Shown here piece after piece: positions 9,101 to 17,850 of a DNA stretch of 51,311 bases. The notes beneath the pieces were generated by a model. The model searched no databases, was not told the DNA's origin, and saw only the letters and a list, made by a program, of their open reading frames with translations. The stretch comes from Clostridia bacterium (GTDB taxonomy: Bacteria > Bacillota > Clostridia > Christensenellales > UBA1242). The stretch spans positions 1 to 51,311 of the forward strand of contig JAGAKV010000059.1 in assembly GCA_017625505.1 (NCBI GenBank), given 5' to 3'. The first letter of the stretch is position 1; each line of letters starts with the position of its first letter. A program made the translations under genes and the position numbers.

Positions 9101-11733
9101 CTTGGGAAATGTTTGCAGAATACGAACAACAAGAGTATGGCACATGGACAGCAACAGATGCAAGCGATGCAAACCACAACCCTCTTATGACATTCTCGGG
9201 TCAATCATCTTCAATCATCAACAAGCTGATCGTTTCAGTCAAAGCTGGCGAGAATGAAAGAGTTAAATTTACAATCACTGACAACTTTGGCAATATACTG
9301 ACAACAATCAGCCTTACCGGCGGTGCAATTGACGAAGAAATAATTTCTGACGGCGTGAAATATTTCGTCCTTGAAGACATCAGCGGCAAAACATACATCT
9401 CTACAAAGGCGATAACTTACAACTACAACACCCTTCTTTATGATGTAGAATTTAATTTCGCAGCGGATAGTTCATTCGGAATCCAACACATTCAGACACC
9501 GGCAGGCTCAAATAATATTGCATCACTCAAAATTATGCCTCAACCATTAGCAATATACTACGATGGCTATTATACCATCAACGTATACAGCGCATCTGAT
9601 GAGGTCGGAGCGCGAACTCCAATTAAAACTTTCTACATTCGCCTTATCAACCTTCTTCCAGAAGTTGTGACTGAAGGGCGATCATCAGAAAACGGCATCG
9701 TTTTCCTCGATAAAAACCAGAACAATTTGGGCGAAAACAATATTAAAACAAACGCATACTACCTTTCAGTAGAAAAAGATGGAAAAACTTATTCCGCGTC
9801 GGCAACAACAGCGACCACTTATTCAAGAAATGTTACAATCGCTTTCCCTAACGGATTAAAATACGCAAATCTCAAAACCTACCACTTTAATAAAGGAATT
9901 ACATACAGCGCTTATCTTTCAAAAGATGGTGGAATAACTTGGGAAAATATTGATAACACTGATATAAATCAACCTGCAACCTACACTATTGCCGGTGTTG
10001 GCAAATACTTAATTTTGATTGAATACAATGAAAAAGACATTTTAACAAGCTCATTTAAACTATTTGAGGTAACCATTCTTGACTCTGCTTCATCTTATTA
10101 CTATATTACAGTCAACGGACAACATGTTGAAAAGTCTACAGACATTAAATACTCACTCAATAATACTGAATATGAAATCACATATCTCGTTTCACTGCAA
10201 TATGCCGATCGCCAATCTCTTGAAATTCACTTAAATGAAGAGCTTGGAGTTGCCAAAGAAAAGAAGTATACCATCTATCTTGGCAATGATCCTTTGGAAG
10301 GAGAAGTATATCCAGATGTCCCATACGGAACAATTGTAACGGAAATCTACTCTTACTGGTGCGATGAAGCCAAAGGCGATTTTGTAATCATCTACATTCC
10401 ACAGTCAAGCAACATTGCGGGAACAATAACTTACGAACTTGCAAATGGTGATTCAAAATCTTTGAAAGACGGACTTGATCAACTGATTGTTGCAGATAAG
10501 GACAAAGATCCAAACTTCAACAAACTGAAGATTTCTTACTCTTCTCACTATGGCGTTACACAAAATCAGATTCAGCCTGTTGTATACAAAGTACTGAATG
10601 GCGAGCCTGTACGATTAAACAGCATATCTTACAAAGCAAACAACGATATTTCATATATCTATCTTGAAATGTCAGGAACATACTACCTTCAAATTCTCGA
10701 CTCGTGTACCCCTGCAAACTCACAGGTATTCAACGGAAGACGCTATAACGGATATGAATATGTTGAAATCACATTCCTTTCTTCAGCTCCCTTTGAAGTA
10801 ATCACCACAAATGATGAGGGAGAGGAAATTGTTACCGCTCCAATTCAAAAAGCTGTTTACAATCAAGAAGTAAAGCTTCGACTTACAAACACTGCAACAT
10901 ACTACCTGCCATCAGCTGAGCTTACAATTGACGCTACAAAGAATGGAAAAATAATCACCGTTCCAGTAGCAAACAATGTATATACATTCTCTGATCCTGG
11001 TTTCTATACAGTCAAATTTAATGCGACAAGTAGTACAGGCGTGCTCATTAGAAGCGAAGAGTATTCTTTCACTATTCTCAATAAAAATGAATCACGCTAT
11101 GCATTTGAATTCTCTGAATACGGAAATTACTACATCGAGACTGTAAAACTTAATGGCGTTGATGTAACAAAAGACTTAATTACACTTGGAAACTTTAAAA
11201 CAACAATAATCGGCGGAGAGCCTTACCTCTCATCAATAACTCTCAATCACTTGGATCAAAAGACTGGAAAAGGTAGATATGAAATTACCGTAAACATCAA
11301 CAACCCTGCATATCAACCTGTTACTGGCGAGAGATTTACATTCGCACTTTGGATCAATCTTGCACAACCTCCAATTCGTGTTTCTCTTGATGAAGGTGGC
11401 GCAACAACCGACCCAATTCAAGTTACATTCAATCCTCAAACGCTATATAAAGCGGTTGGAGATTGCTATGTTCAAATTGGAAATGCAAGATATGACTATA
11501 CAAGTGAGAATATTGCGACATTTGAATCAACAGAAATGCTTACTATTTCCGCTTCTGGCACATACTTTATTCAAGTATATACACAAAGTGGCCAACTGCT
11601 TTACTCATACAAAGTCACAAAAAATGAGCCTCTCAACAGTTTTGCAATTCTAGCAATCATACTCGGAGCTCTCGCGCTTGGCGCAGTAGTATTTATAACA
11701 ATTAAACTGCGTAAGCGTCAGAAAGTAAAATAA
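3124..11733 (+). CDS. Giant (2869 aa) membrane-anchored surface protein with many Ig-like beta domains
   Basis: N-terminal signal peptide (MKKFKNIIKYLALTFTFLGIIGG). Recurrent GxYxI/V strands and DxAGN...IDxTxP motifs. T/S/N/Y-rich. C-terminal TM helix plus KLRKRQKVK. Confidence 0.8.
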   Translation: MKKFKNIIKYLALTFTFLGIIGGSFLIGENANEGSKIASAAFSSHTEISNNLPDYVAVDGLHGKDVKDIFLLNSSSSTLELSIAEEKEIKNIDDTDKLNPAYYTQEIPDGQINPKEYYYFDFSSSLSLYKDLTNQQYLAGEKGENLLKYPEGVNHITQYTTPGNFSIENGYFFTPQSLHISFGLNTLQTDISFDGDKVLLNEEGIYTLIIPTIIYYTNNSGTTFTSIELDICYTFMVFNSSTYFKSEGIQNVDFSANLQGSTVTSLENYSMYYFYNYAYSTADANSVNTLPTLIYNNKHFKINIKHTDVDDDITNYYIEYQNGEILTLNSDGQALAGKLPIHAGSTTNANQTKITFIDLGEYEINFDYLYIVDKDGATTSYSLPLNENLTDNTFKNKSQKVYVYGYQAMLSDYSNLNPATNQPVDKEIKTFTINESTSKYNKSADITSAVNQYVNNLNSDADTTNNIAIVGIDSVNPSSSTQYDLETLEQAAGDYIQTEVEPVSTNQPPIKFISNATLAENGEEDEQIYSKVYTVGEDKSLTALETFDGFNQNTAGTYCYIIQYRYDNYMSTSGTLQAGNYHYQIFYFTIENKVPSVSIYEADTDENDFFVDFKELYTRGFTNKSVFILNNAKNNDFDATVSITLSAYNYNTNTYYFQNVPLNGLTGVDQNLVYQVYHANFDNNKNTYDESLSQAQQDAGVDTKYGVLIRNTAAYANARFTVTISSAVTTQPSIQTFTIDTQSISNVNAFNAEKTNSSYFILSDAVAASGITNRPIAMSWKEKNSGAATYGYLKHIPFSAKELPTSSTSLGQFLREEVNLLPVAHQIDFSSTSTWAEYTNSQTYSSNIPATNVRTENGIYILQIYDEAGNYTFKIFMIDKTAPIFVKKTQGDFVNYQLIQNSSSISVPDEYTSVSIMWAKHKGIYVGPSLSFEKESDYQGYTYSGIECSFKDTLDSFLNGKTKYVESVVSSSGDFVGHYFLSKIEDVAYVKDRATTYQAQASSTHSFEINFFNTVNGELRAHEGTCKIILRDASNGYTFTDQQYAYINYPSSYLSFNITSDTSNFTIYEKIGNQQKNLEGEAFSQVADLYLNGSSLTTTKTDTPTDFEIKYSYLPSIKTSNPLYISYVPCISDEINLDFVNVKYYPYETVYKKDETTGTYYYYKDIITIDENGKDNYQISADLFKNTGNGKYKQGEEEHKLLAFGSTDTPLAGKYVITRQYIYNNGQQELDPTTLSNAYDYLIRQFTFYVDNNGIISSLENIKNEEGDNGLESVVGGDIVLNMHSGKGSSAVSISFPNYNSVGLNAGSFFSQSSFTDSSTVSVSLDTNKLPLSLYIPKYKYTISSIKNEENGFDLSINDNLSYFGNVVVKQNGATYDVVIESTPESEGILVTLGSGFSSREEAYAFMYGEPGNTAPLSISGYELSAQITWIDPTNQNNKKYYSTKPIPNTAHYETQDDYLIFYTCPNGFGNGYGEILQNQQFTDVGKYEVTLFQNANDKQSNIYSIYKFAFEITSAKPDFDIVNVETGYKLERATTEGASEIYYTNADKLRIQWEDPTDPYMAKVNRAKIAINGEYISAGGLGIDYNYTIEDISETSHFFELYPSEGCVNAFKEEGLEITFEFENHGNYYQKAIKKIYFDIEAPTANLEALMDMTASSSELFTKDLQKSQMRQYVDYLGVTFNPVSDRDEKGNERKASYIYNVDSGVFRNYSFTVDKTFFQNIKDSFYNSSEGQVINGSLLSEIYYRQIDDIHTYNQSNKSTFLSSFYTLHDTNIDSYFTGHNLGRYYEIVETDWAGNKTIYVVFLIDESNQEANPALIYTDNKTAAGTLEIVTDAQLNADSNYNIYANTGFKLAKINYNNDAWIYFKAYVNGQVSHFFASPWLETAGQVYEIVNNGGILEYKTVNLDVETLISESSQRKHSILLSNRTLGISKTCYITVMDASLVVEKITENVANDTVSISINIPTGEQINSVDTGYIYPVKIKTEKFVAGTWEMFAEYEQQEYGTWTATDASDANHNPLMTFSGQSSSIINKLIVSVKAGENERVKFTITDNFGNILTTISLTGGAIDEEIISDGVKYFVLEDISGKTYISTKAITYNYNTLLYDVEFNFAADSSFGIQHIQTPAGSNNIASLKIMPQPLAIYYDGYYTINVYSASDEVGARTPIKTFYIRLINLLPEVVTEGRSSENGIVFLDKNQNNLGENNIKTNAYYLSVEKDGKTYSASATTATTYSRNVTIAFPNGLKYANLKTYHFNKGITYSAYLSKDGGITWENIDNTDINQPATYTIAGVGKYLILIEYNEKDILTSSFKLFEVTILDSASSYYYITVNGQHVEKSTDIKYSLNNTEYEITYLVSLQYADRQSLEIHLNEELGVAKEKKYTIYLGNDPLEGEVYPDVPYGTIVTEIYSYWCDEAKGDFVIIYIPQSSNIAGTITYELANGDSKSLKDGLDQLIVADKDKDPNFNKLKISYSSHYGVTQNQIQPVVYKVLNGEPVRLNSISYKANNDISYIYLEMSGTYYLQILDSCTPANSQVFNGRRYNGYEYVEITFLSSAPFEVITTNDEGEEIVTAPIQKAVYNQEVKLRLTNTATYYLPSAELTIDATKNGKIITVPVANNVYTFSDPGFYTVKFNATSSTGVLIRSEEYSFTILNKNESRYAFEFSEYGNYYIETVKLNGVDVTKDLITLGNFKTTIIGGEPYLSSITLNHLDQKTGKGRYEITVNINNPAYQPVTGERFTFALWINLAQPPIRVSLDEGGATTDPIQVTFNPQTLYKAVGDCYVQIGNARYDYTSENIATFESTEMLTISASGTYFIQVYTQSGQLLYSYKVTKNEPLNSFAILAIILGALALGAVVFITIKLRKRQKVK

Positions 11734-11762
11734 AGCGATTGCAACGTTGTTTTAACACAAAT

Positions 11763-11792
11763 AAAAAATCCACGGACTCCCGTGGATTTTTT
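11763..11792 (+). terminator. Intrinsic terminator of the giant surface-protein gene
   Basis: AAAAAATCCACGG-actc-CCGTGGATTTTTT. Confidence 0.85.
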
Positions 11793-11871
11793 ATTAATAC
11801 TACACAAGTTGCTGCTACGTCAAACATGACAAAATCATTCCACCTATCCTTTCTCCCCCAACGGCAAGAAA

Positions 11872-11909
11872 AAAAAGACAAATTTGCTTAATTGCGAATT
11901 TGTCTTTTT
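11872..11909 (-). terminator. Intrinsic terminator after rplA
   Basis: AAAAAGACAAATT...AATTTGTCTTTTT hairpin with a T-run on the minus strand. Confidence 0.8.
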
Positions 11910-11941
11910 AACTGCCTTCTAAACGAAGGGCTTAAATAGCA

Positions 11942-12628
11942 TTACATAGCAACTACGTTGATTTTAATTCCGCGACCCATAGTTGAAGCAATTGCAACAT
12001 TCTTCAAATATTGTCCCTTAGCAGCTGCAGGCTTTGCTTTGATGAGAGCTTCAATAACTGTATTGAAGTTTTCAACCAATTTTTCTTTACCAAAGCTAAC
12101 CTTTCCAATGATAACGTGAACGTTGTTTGTTTTGTCAAGTCTGTATTCAACTTTACCAGCTTTAGCGTCAGTGATTGCCTTAGCAACATCCATAGTAACA
12201 GTTCCGCTCTTTGGGTTTGGCATTAAGCCTTTTGGTCCAAGAACTCTTGCCACTCTACCAACAACACCCATCATATCAGGTGTAGTGATACAAACGTCGA
12301 AATCAAGCCATCCACCTTGGATTTTAGCAACGATTTCTTCAGCACCAACATAGTCAGCACCAGCTTTAACTGCGTCATCTGCTTTGTCGCCTTTAGCGAT
12401 AACCAAAACTTTAAGAGATTTACCTGTTCCGTGTGGAAGTACGCAAACTCCTCTTACTTGTTGGTCAGCACTTCTTCCGTCAACACCAAGTCTAACGTGA
12501 AGTTCTACTGTTTCATCAAATTTTGCTTTAGGAAGTGAAAGAAGTGTTTCAATTCCGCTTTCGATGTCATAAGCCTTTTCTGTAATCATTTCAGAAGCTT
12601 TTACAAGTCTTTTTGCTTTTTTCTTCAT
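11942..12628 (-). CDS. rplA: 50S ribosomal protein L1
   Basis: [32 protein letters not shown] motifs; follows rplK. Confidence 0.98.
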   Translation of the reverse strand: MKKKAKRLVKASEMITEKAYDIESGIETLLSLPKAKFDETVELHVRLGVDGRSADQQVRGVCVLPHGTGKSLKVLVIAKGDKADDAVKAGADYVGAEEIVAKIQGGWLDFDVCITTPDMMGVVGRVARVLGPKGLMPNPKSGTVTMDVAKAITDAKAGKVEYRLDKTNNVHVIIGKVSFGKEKLVENFNTVIEALIKAKPAAAKGQYLKNVAIASTMGRGIKINVVAM

Positions 12629-12639
12629 CTCTTTCCTCC

Positions 12640-13071
12640 TTAGTCTTCAACAACTGTTACGCCCATAGAACGAGCAGCACCAGCTACCATAGACATAGCA
12701 GATTCGATTGATGTACAGTTGAGATCTGGCATCTTAGTTTCAGCAATTTGTCTAATTTGAGACATAGTGATTTTTCCGACTTTTGTTTTGTTTGGTACTG
12801 CAGAACCCTTGTCAAGTCCAATTGCCTTCTTAATAAGAATAGCAGCTGGAGGAGTCTTGAGTACAAATGAGAAACTTCTATCTGCATAGATAGTTACTAC
12901 TACAGGGATAACAAGCCCTGCTTGAGAAGCTGTCTTCTCGTTGAATTCTTTGGTAAACATTCCAAGGTTGATTCCGTGTGGTCCAAGTGTTGAACCAACT
13001 GGAGGTCCTGGAGTGGCTTTACCTGCTTCGAGTTGTAATTTTACAACACCAGCAATCTTCTTTTCTGCCAT
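12640..13071 (-). CDS. rplK: 50S ribosomal protein L11
   Basis: [27 protein letters not shown]. Confidence 0.98.
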   Translation of the reverse strand: MAEKKIAGVVKLQLEAGKATPGPPVGSTLGPHGINLGMFTKEFNEKTASQAGLVIPVVVTIYADRSFSFVLKTPPAAILIKKAIGLDKGSAVPNKTKVGKITMSQIRQIAETKMPDLNCTSIESAMSMVAGAARSMGVTVVED

Positions 13072-13086
13072 TTTTTCCTCCTTATA

Positions 13087-13121
13087 GTGGTGTAATGAGC
13101 GGTAGCAGTCCGCTCTCCCAC
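13087..13121 (-). promoter_or_regulatory. L1-binding autoregulatory leader of rplK
   Basis: GTGGGAGAGCGG-actgcta-CCGCTCATTACACCAC two-stem structure directly before the rplK SD, matching the known L1 target architecture. Confidence 0.75.
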
Positions 13122-13187
13122 GATTAAAACAAAACGGTTTCCGTTTTGAGTGTATAATAAGCGGGTTTTACGCCGCGATATACCAAC

Positions 13188-13829
13188 TTAGTTGTTGATT
13201 TTTCTGATTTGTGAAAGTTCTACTTCAACAGCAGTCTCTCTTCCAAACATTTCAACGATTACATTTGCAACGCCCGCATCAGTGTTGACCTCTGTAACCT
13301 TTCCGATCATTCCGTTAAGAGCGCCGTCAACGATTTCAACACTGTCGCCTGCAGCAAGATCGACCTCAACCTTGATTTTCTCAAGACGAAGCTTGATTAC
13401 TTCCTCTTGTGTAAGCGGCCATGGACGACCATTTGGACCTACGAAGCCTGTAACGCCACGAGTTCTGGTGATATTATGCCAAAGGTCATCAGCATATTTG
13501 ATTTTGGCGAGAATATAGCAAGGCATAGATTTGCGCTGAACAAGCTTTTTCTTGCCATTTTTTTCTTCTACAACGTCTTCCATAGGTATTACGATGTCAA
13601 ATATTCTGTCTTGAAGGTTAAATTTTTCAACCACTGTTTCAAGATTTTCTTTTGCAACATTTTCATAGCCTGAGAAGGTGTGCAGCGCATACCACTTTGC
13701 CTCGAGAGAATCAACGAAGTCTTTATATCCTTGCTCGTCATCTGTGAGAGACGTTTCTTCTATTTCTTCTTCAGTCACAACGTTTTCTTCATCGTTTACG
13801 ATTTTATTTAAGATGTCTTTTTCTTCCAT
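13188..13829 (-). CDS. nusG: Transcription termination/antitermination factor NusG (acidic N-terminal extension)
   Basis: WYALHTFSGYE, TRGVTGFVG, KOW domain, MFGRET. Confidence 0.96.
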   Translation of the reverse strand: MEEKDILNKIVNDEENVVTEEEIEETSLTDDEQGYKDFVDSLEAKWYALHTFSGYENVAKENLETVVEKFNLQDRIFDIVIPMEDVVEEKNGKKKLVQRKSMPCYILAKIKYADDLWHNITRTRGVTGFVGPNGRPWPLTQEEVIKLRLEKIKVEVDLAAGDSVEIVDGALNGMIGKVTEVNTDAGVANVIVEMFGRETAVEVELSQIRKINN

Positions 13830-13840
13830 ATAAACCTCAA

Positions 13841-14206
13841 TTATTTGGTAAGAAGGCTCATAAGAGCACCTAAACCATAGTCAATTCCAAAAATCACGAC
13901 AGCAAAAACGAGAACAACAACGAGAACAACCCCTGTTTTCTTACAAACTTCACCAAAAGTAGGCCAAGTAACTTTCTTGATTTCAGAAATAGTCTCTTTT
14001 GCTTTCTTTTTTAGTTTGCCCTTTTCTTTAGGTTGTTTTTTCTTGTTTTTGTCCGCCTTAGCTTTTTTGTCATCCTGTTTTTTATCGGCTTTTTTTACTT
14101 CGGCCTTTGTTTCAGCTGCCTCTTTTTGCGCCAAAACAACAGTCTCTTCTTGTGCCTCTAAGGTTGTCTTTTGTTTTTCAACATTTGACTTGTTCTTTTT
14201 AGACAT
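13841..14206 (-). CDS. secE: Preprotein translocase subunit SecE (Lys-rich N-terminal extension)
   Basis: EIKKVTWP motif plus single TM helix; start moved to ATG at 14206 after a GGGGG SD; lies between rpmG and nusG. Confidence 0.92.
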   Translation of the reverse strand: MSKKNKSNVEKQKTTLEAQEETVVLAQKEAAETKAEVKKADKKQDDKKAKADKNKKKQPKEKGKLKKKAKETISEIKKVTWPTFGEVCKKTGVVLVVVLVFAVVIFGIDYGLGALMSLLTK

Positions 14207-14217
14207 AATTCCCCCGA

Positions 14218-14379
14218 TTATTTTGTTTCTTTGTGAACTGTTCTTTTTCCACAACGTTTGCAGAATTTTGTAATTTCAATTCTTTCTGGATTTGCAGCAG
14301 TGTTTTTGCTTGATGCATAGTTTCTTTCTTGACATTCAGTACAAGCAAGAATGATATTTTTACGTTTTGGTAATGCCAT
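14218..14379 (-). CDS. rpmG: 50S ribosomal protein L33 (zinc-binding form)
   Basis: [21 protein letters not shown]...[16 protein letters not shown]; start at ATG 14379 after AGGAG. Confidence 0.95.
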   Translation of the reverse strand: MALPKRKNIILACTECQERNYASSKNTAANPERIEITKFCKRCGKRTVHKETK

Positions 14380-14502
14380 TTTTCTTTCTCCTAACAAAAA
14401 ACTAACACCCCTTTGCAGAAGTGCTAGCCATATATTATCACATCTTAATTCAATTGTCAACCATTTCAAACGATTTTTTTGATATATTTTAATTATAATA
14501 TC

Positions 14503-14781
14503 CTATGCAATGTCCTTTTTTGTAACTTCTGCACTGATAAGCATAATTGTTTCGTCTTTCTTGGCATGTTTTTTTACCCTATCAAACTCTGTTGGCATGT
14601 TGAAGTCAAGATCATATTTCACAACATACACAAAATAAGCCTTCAAAAGCTCTTTTGCATATAAAAAAGCTTCCTCAACAAACTGTCCATCTGTTGTGAT
14701 TTCAAGATCTGGAAAAAGTACTTTATAGCCGCCCTCTTCTTCATCTTTAATGAAAATTGCGGGGTAAACAAAACTTTTCAT
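14503..14781 (-). CDS. HicB-like antitoxin domain protein (no adjacent hicA)
   Basis: YPAIF...GYxVxFPDL...TxGxxxEEA pattern of the HicB N-terminal fold. Confidence 0.75.
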   Translation of the reverse strand: MKSFVYPAIFIKDEEEGGYKVLFPDLEITTDGQFVEEAFLYAKELLKAYFVYVVKYDLDFNMPTEFDRVKKHAKKDETIMLISAEVTKKDIA

Positions 14782-14830
14782 GAAAAACTCCTTGATATAA
14801 TTCTATCATATCATTTTTTTATTTCAAAAC

Positions 14831-14867
14831 AAAAAGAGGCATTTTTTTAGATTTTTGCCTCTTTTTT
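14831..14867 (-). terminator. Intrinsic terminator after secA
   Basis: AAAAAGAGGCA...TGCCTCTTTTTT. Confidence 0.75.
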
Positions 14868-14874
14868 ATTAATT

Positions 14875-17610
14875 TTAGTTATTGTTATCCTTTGCCCAGC
14901 AGCAATTTTTATATTTTTTCCCGCTTCCGCAGTGGCAAGGATCGTTTCTGCCAAGTTTTGGCCCATCATTTACCACAGTCTTTTGAACTTGAAGCTTGCC
15001 TTTCTTTTCTGCAGCCGCAGCCCTCTCTTCAGGAGTAAGCTGTTTACCTACAAAATTGATGGTAAATGGCTTTGGCGCTGGCTCTGGTTCTTTCTTCTCA
15101 ATCTTTGCATTAAGCAGGATTTTGCATGTATTTTCCCTGATTTTTGCAACCATATTGTCAAACATTTCAAAGCCCTCTTTCTTGTACGCAAGTACAGGAT
15201 CTTGTTGACCAAATTGACGAGAAAGAATTTCATCTTTCATAATCTGCATATCTTCAATTTGACTGATCCAATTGATGTCAACCATACGAAGAAGAACATT
15301 TCTTTCAAGGTCTTCAAAGTTGATGCCAAGTTTCGCCACCTCTTTAACTCTTGCTTCATATCTTGCTGTAACGTTTTCAAGAACTTTATCAATAACTTCT
15401 TGAGTGTCGCAATCCTCAACAAAATCGTCGTTTATAATCTCTTCTTCTTTTGGCAAAATTCCATTTTGAAGTTCTTTGTTAAGCGCCTCTAAATCCCATT
15501 CATAGAAAGGTTTATCGTCGCTGATAACTTTTCTCACTGCAGTTGAAACCACATCTGGATACATATCCATAATACGATCATGCACAGGTTCGCCGTCAAG
15601 CACTCTGTTTCGCTCTGCATAAATGATTTCTCTTTGCTTATTCATAACGTCGTCAAATTGAAGAACGCTCTTTCTTTGACCAAAGTTTTGAATTTCAATC
15701 TTGCGTTGTGATGCTTCAATTTGCTTTGCAATCATCTTGATTTGAAGAGGAGTTGAGTCATCAATTTTAAACATTGCAAACAAACTGCGAAGCCTATCGG
15801 TTGCAAATCTCTTGAAAAGATCGTCATCAAGTGAAAGATAGAACACCGAAGAGCCCGGATCACCTTGACGACCGGCACGACCACGAAGCTGATTGTCAAT
15901 ACGACGAGACTCGTGTCTTTCTGTTCCGATGATGTGAAGTCCGCCAAGAGCCTTTACTTCTTCTTTCTCTGCGTCTGTCACTTCTTTATGTTTTTTATGA
16001 AGCTCTGTATAAACTTCTCTTGCCTTATTAAGCGCCTCATCATCAACATAGTTGAATGCTGTCGCGTAAGAGATTTCTTCTTCGCTGAAGCCTTGATCTC
16101 TCATCTCTTTTGTTGCCATAAATTCAGGGTTTCCGCCAAGCAGAATATCTGTACCACGACCTGCCATATTTGTAGCAATTGTAACTGCACCTTTACGGCC
16201 TCCTTGAGCCACAATTTCACTTTCTTTTTCATTGTTTTTTGCATTTAATACTTGGTGCTTAATGCCTGCATTTTTCAGGTGTTTAGAGATCATTTCACTC
16301 TTGTCAATATTGATTGTACCAACAAGCACTGGCCTTCCCTTTGCTTGACACTCTTTGATGTCCTCAATAATGGCAGGAATCTTGCCGTTTTCAGTCACGT
16401 ACATGATGTCTGCATAGTCAATTCTTTGCTTTGGTCTGTTTGGTGGAATTTCAACTACGTCAAGAGAGTAAATTGATCTAAACTCGCTTTCCTCTGTCTT
16501 CGCTGTTCCTGTCATACCAGAAAGTTTTGAGTACAGGCGGAAGAAGTTTTGGAATGTAATTGTTGCAAGTGTTTGGTTTTCGTCCTTAATGTCTACCCCT
16601 TCTTTCGCTTCAATTGCTTGGTGAAGGCCCGAAGAGAATCTTCTTCCCTTAGAAAGACGTCCTGTAAACTCATCAACGATGATAACTTCGCCGTCTTTAA
16701 CAATATAGTTTTCATCTCTTTTCATGATGAAGTTTGCGCGAAGAGCATTGTTGATGTTGTGGTTAAGCTCGAGATACTTGATGTCAGAAAGATTTTCAAT
16801 GTTGTAAAAAGCCTCTGCCTTGGCAATTCCCGAATCTTTAAGAATAATTTGTTTTGTTTTGATATCAATGTCAACATCTTTCTCTTTATTGAGTGTTTTT
16901 ACAAATTGTTGAGCAATGACGTATCCCTCAGATGATTTGTTGCCTTTTCCACTGATGATAAGTGGAGTTCTTGCTTCGTCGATGAGAATTGAGTCAACCT
17001 CATCCACGATTGCAAAGTTGAGTCCTCTTTGAACTCTTGCATTTTTGTGTCTTGCCATATTGTCGCGAAGGTAGTCAAACCCAAGCTCGTTGTTTGTTGA
17101 GTATGTGATATCCGCAAGATATGCTTTTTTCTTATCTTCATCCTTTTGCTCGTTTAAGATTACGCCAACGCTAAGTCCCAAAAATTTGTATACCTTACCC
17201 ATCCATTCAGCGTCACGCTTTGCAAGATATTCGTTGACTGTAACAATATGAACGCCCTTTCCTGTAAGAGCATTAAGATATGCTGGAAGCGTTTCAACAA
17301 GTGTTTTACCTTCACCAGTTGCCATTTCTGCGATACGGCCTTGATGAAGCGCAATTCCGCCAAGAATTTGAACATAGTAGTGACGCATGTTGAGCACTCT
17401 TGTTGAGGCTTCTCTTACAACCGCAAACGCCTCTGGCAAAATATCGTTCAGCGTTGCCCCTGCTTTTAGCCTGTCTTTAAATTCATCGGTGCAGGCGCGA
17501 AGCTGCTCATTTGAAAGACTCTTATACTTTTCCTCTAATGCAATAACTTGATCTGCAATCTTTTTTAATTTTTTAACCTGTGCTTTGTTTTGATTTCCAA
17601 ATAGTCCCAT
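14875..17610 (-). CDS. secA: Preprotein translocase ATPase SecA
   Basis: MATGEGKT, DEVDSILIDEARTPLIISG, ATNMAGRGTDI, QLRGRAGRQGDPG, C-terminal SEC-C motif (GRNDPCHCGSGKKYKNCC). Confidence 0.99.
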   Translation of the reverse strand: MGLFGNQNKAQVKKLKKIADQVIALEEKYKSLSNEQLRACTDEFKDRLKAGATLNDILPEAFAVVREASTRVLNMRHYYVQILGGIALHQGRIAEMATGEGKTLVETLPAYLNALTGKGVHIVTVNEYLAKRDAEWMGKVYKFLGLSVGVILNEQKDEDKKKAYLADITYSTNNELGFDYLRDNMARHKNARVQRGLNFAIVDEVDSILIDEARTPLIISGKGNKSSEGYVIAQQFVKTLNKEKDVDIDIKTKQIILKDSGIAKAEAFYNIENLSDIKYLELNHNINNALRANFIMKRDENYIVKDGEVIIVDEFTGRLSKGRRFSSGLHQAIEAKEGVDIKDENQTLATITFQNFFRLYSKLSGMTGTAKTEESEFRSIYSLDVVEIPPNRPKQRIDYADIMYVTENGKIPAIIEDIKECQAKGRPVLVGTINIDKSEMISKHLKNAGIKHQVLNAKNNEKESEIVAQGGRKGAVTIATNMAGRGTDILLGGNPEFMATKEMRDQGFSEEEISYATAFNYVDDEALNKAREVYTELHKKHKEVTDAEKEEVKALGGLHIIGTERHESRRIDNQLRGRAGRQGDPGSSVFYLSLDDDLFKRFATDRLRSLFAMFKIDDSTPLQIKMIAKQIEASQRKIEIQNFGQRKSVLQFDDVMNKQREIIYAERNRVLDGEPVHDRIMDMYPDVVSTAVRKVISDDKPFYEWDLEALNKELQNGILPKEEEIINDDFVEDCDTQEVIDKVLENVTARYEARVKEVAKLGINFEDLERNVLLRMVDINWISQIEDMQIMKDEILSRQFGQQDPVLAYKKEGFEMFDNMVAKIRENTCKILLNAKIEKKEPEPAPKPFTINFVGKQLTPEERAAAAEKKGKLQVQKTVVNDGPKLGRNDPCHCGSGKKYKNCCWAKDNNN

Positions 17611-17638
17611 TTCTTTCTCCTTTAGGTTTTTCCTTCTT

Positions 17639-17666
17639 ATTTTAGCAGATTTTTAGAAAATGTCAA
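17639..17666 (-). promoter_or_regulatory. SigA-type promoter for secA
   Basis: TTGACA-16 nt-TAAAAT with extended TG. Confidence 0.65.
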
Positions 17667-17788
17667 ATAAAATTATGTTTTCATAAGCGTTTATATAAAA
17701 AATATTTTTTCGTGCTGTCAAAAAAAGCAAAGTTTTGAGATTAAATTGCAAAATTTATCAATAATCTGTTTTTTTGTTGGTCCTTGGC

Positions 17789-17817
17789 TTGACAAATATG
17801 GTTAATAATGCTATTAT
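17789..17817 (+). promoter_or_regulatory. SigA-type promoter for the 2222-aa gene
   Basis: TTGACA-17 nt-TATTAT with extended TG, then AAGGAG SD. Confidence 0.65.
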
Positions 17818-17850
17818 ATATTTGATTTATAATAATATAAAGGAGATGTT

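Noticed and set aside
1517-14867. Same stem AAAAAGAGGCA/TGCCTCTTTTT at 1517 and 14831 as a possible REP or MITE
   Set aside because: Short, different loops, both at gene ends; ordinary terminators.
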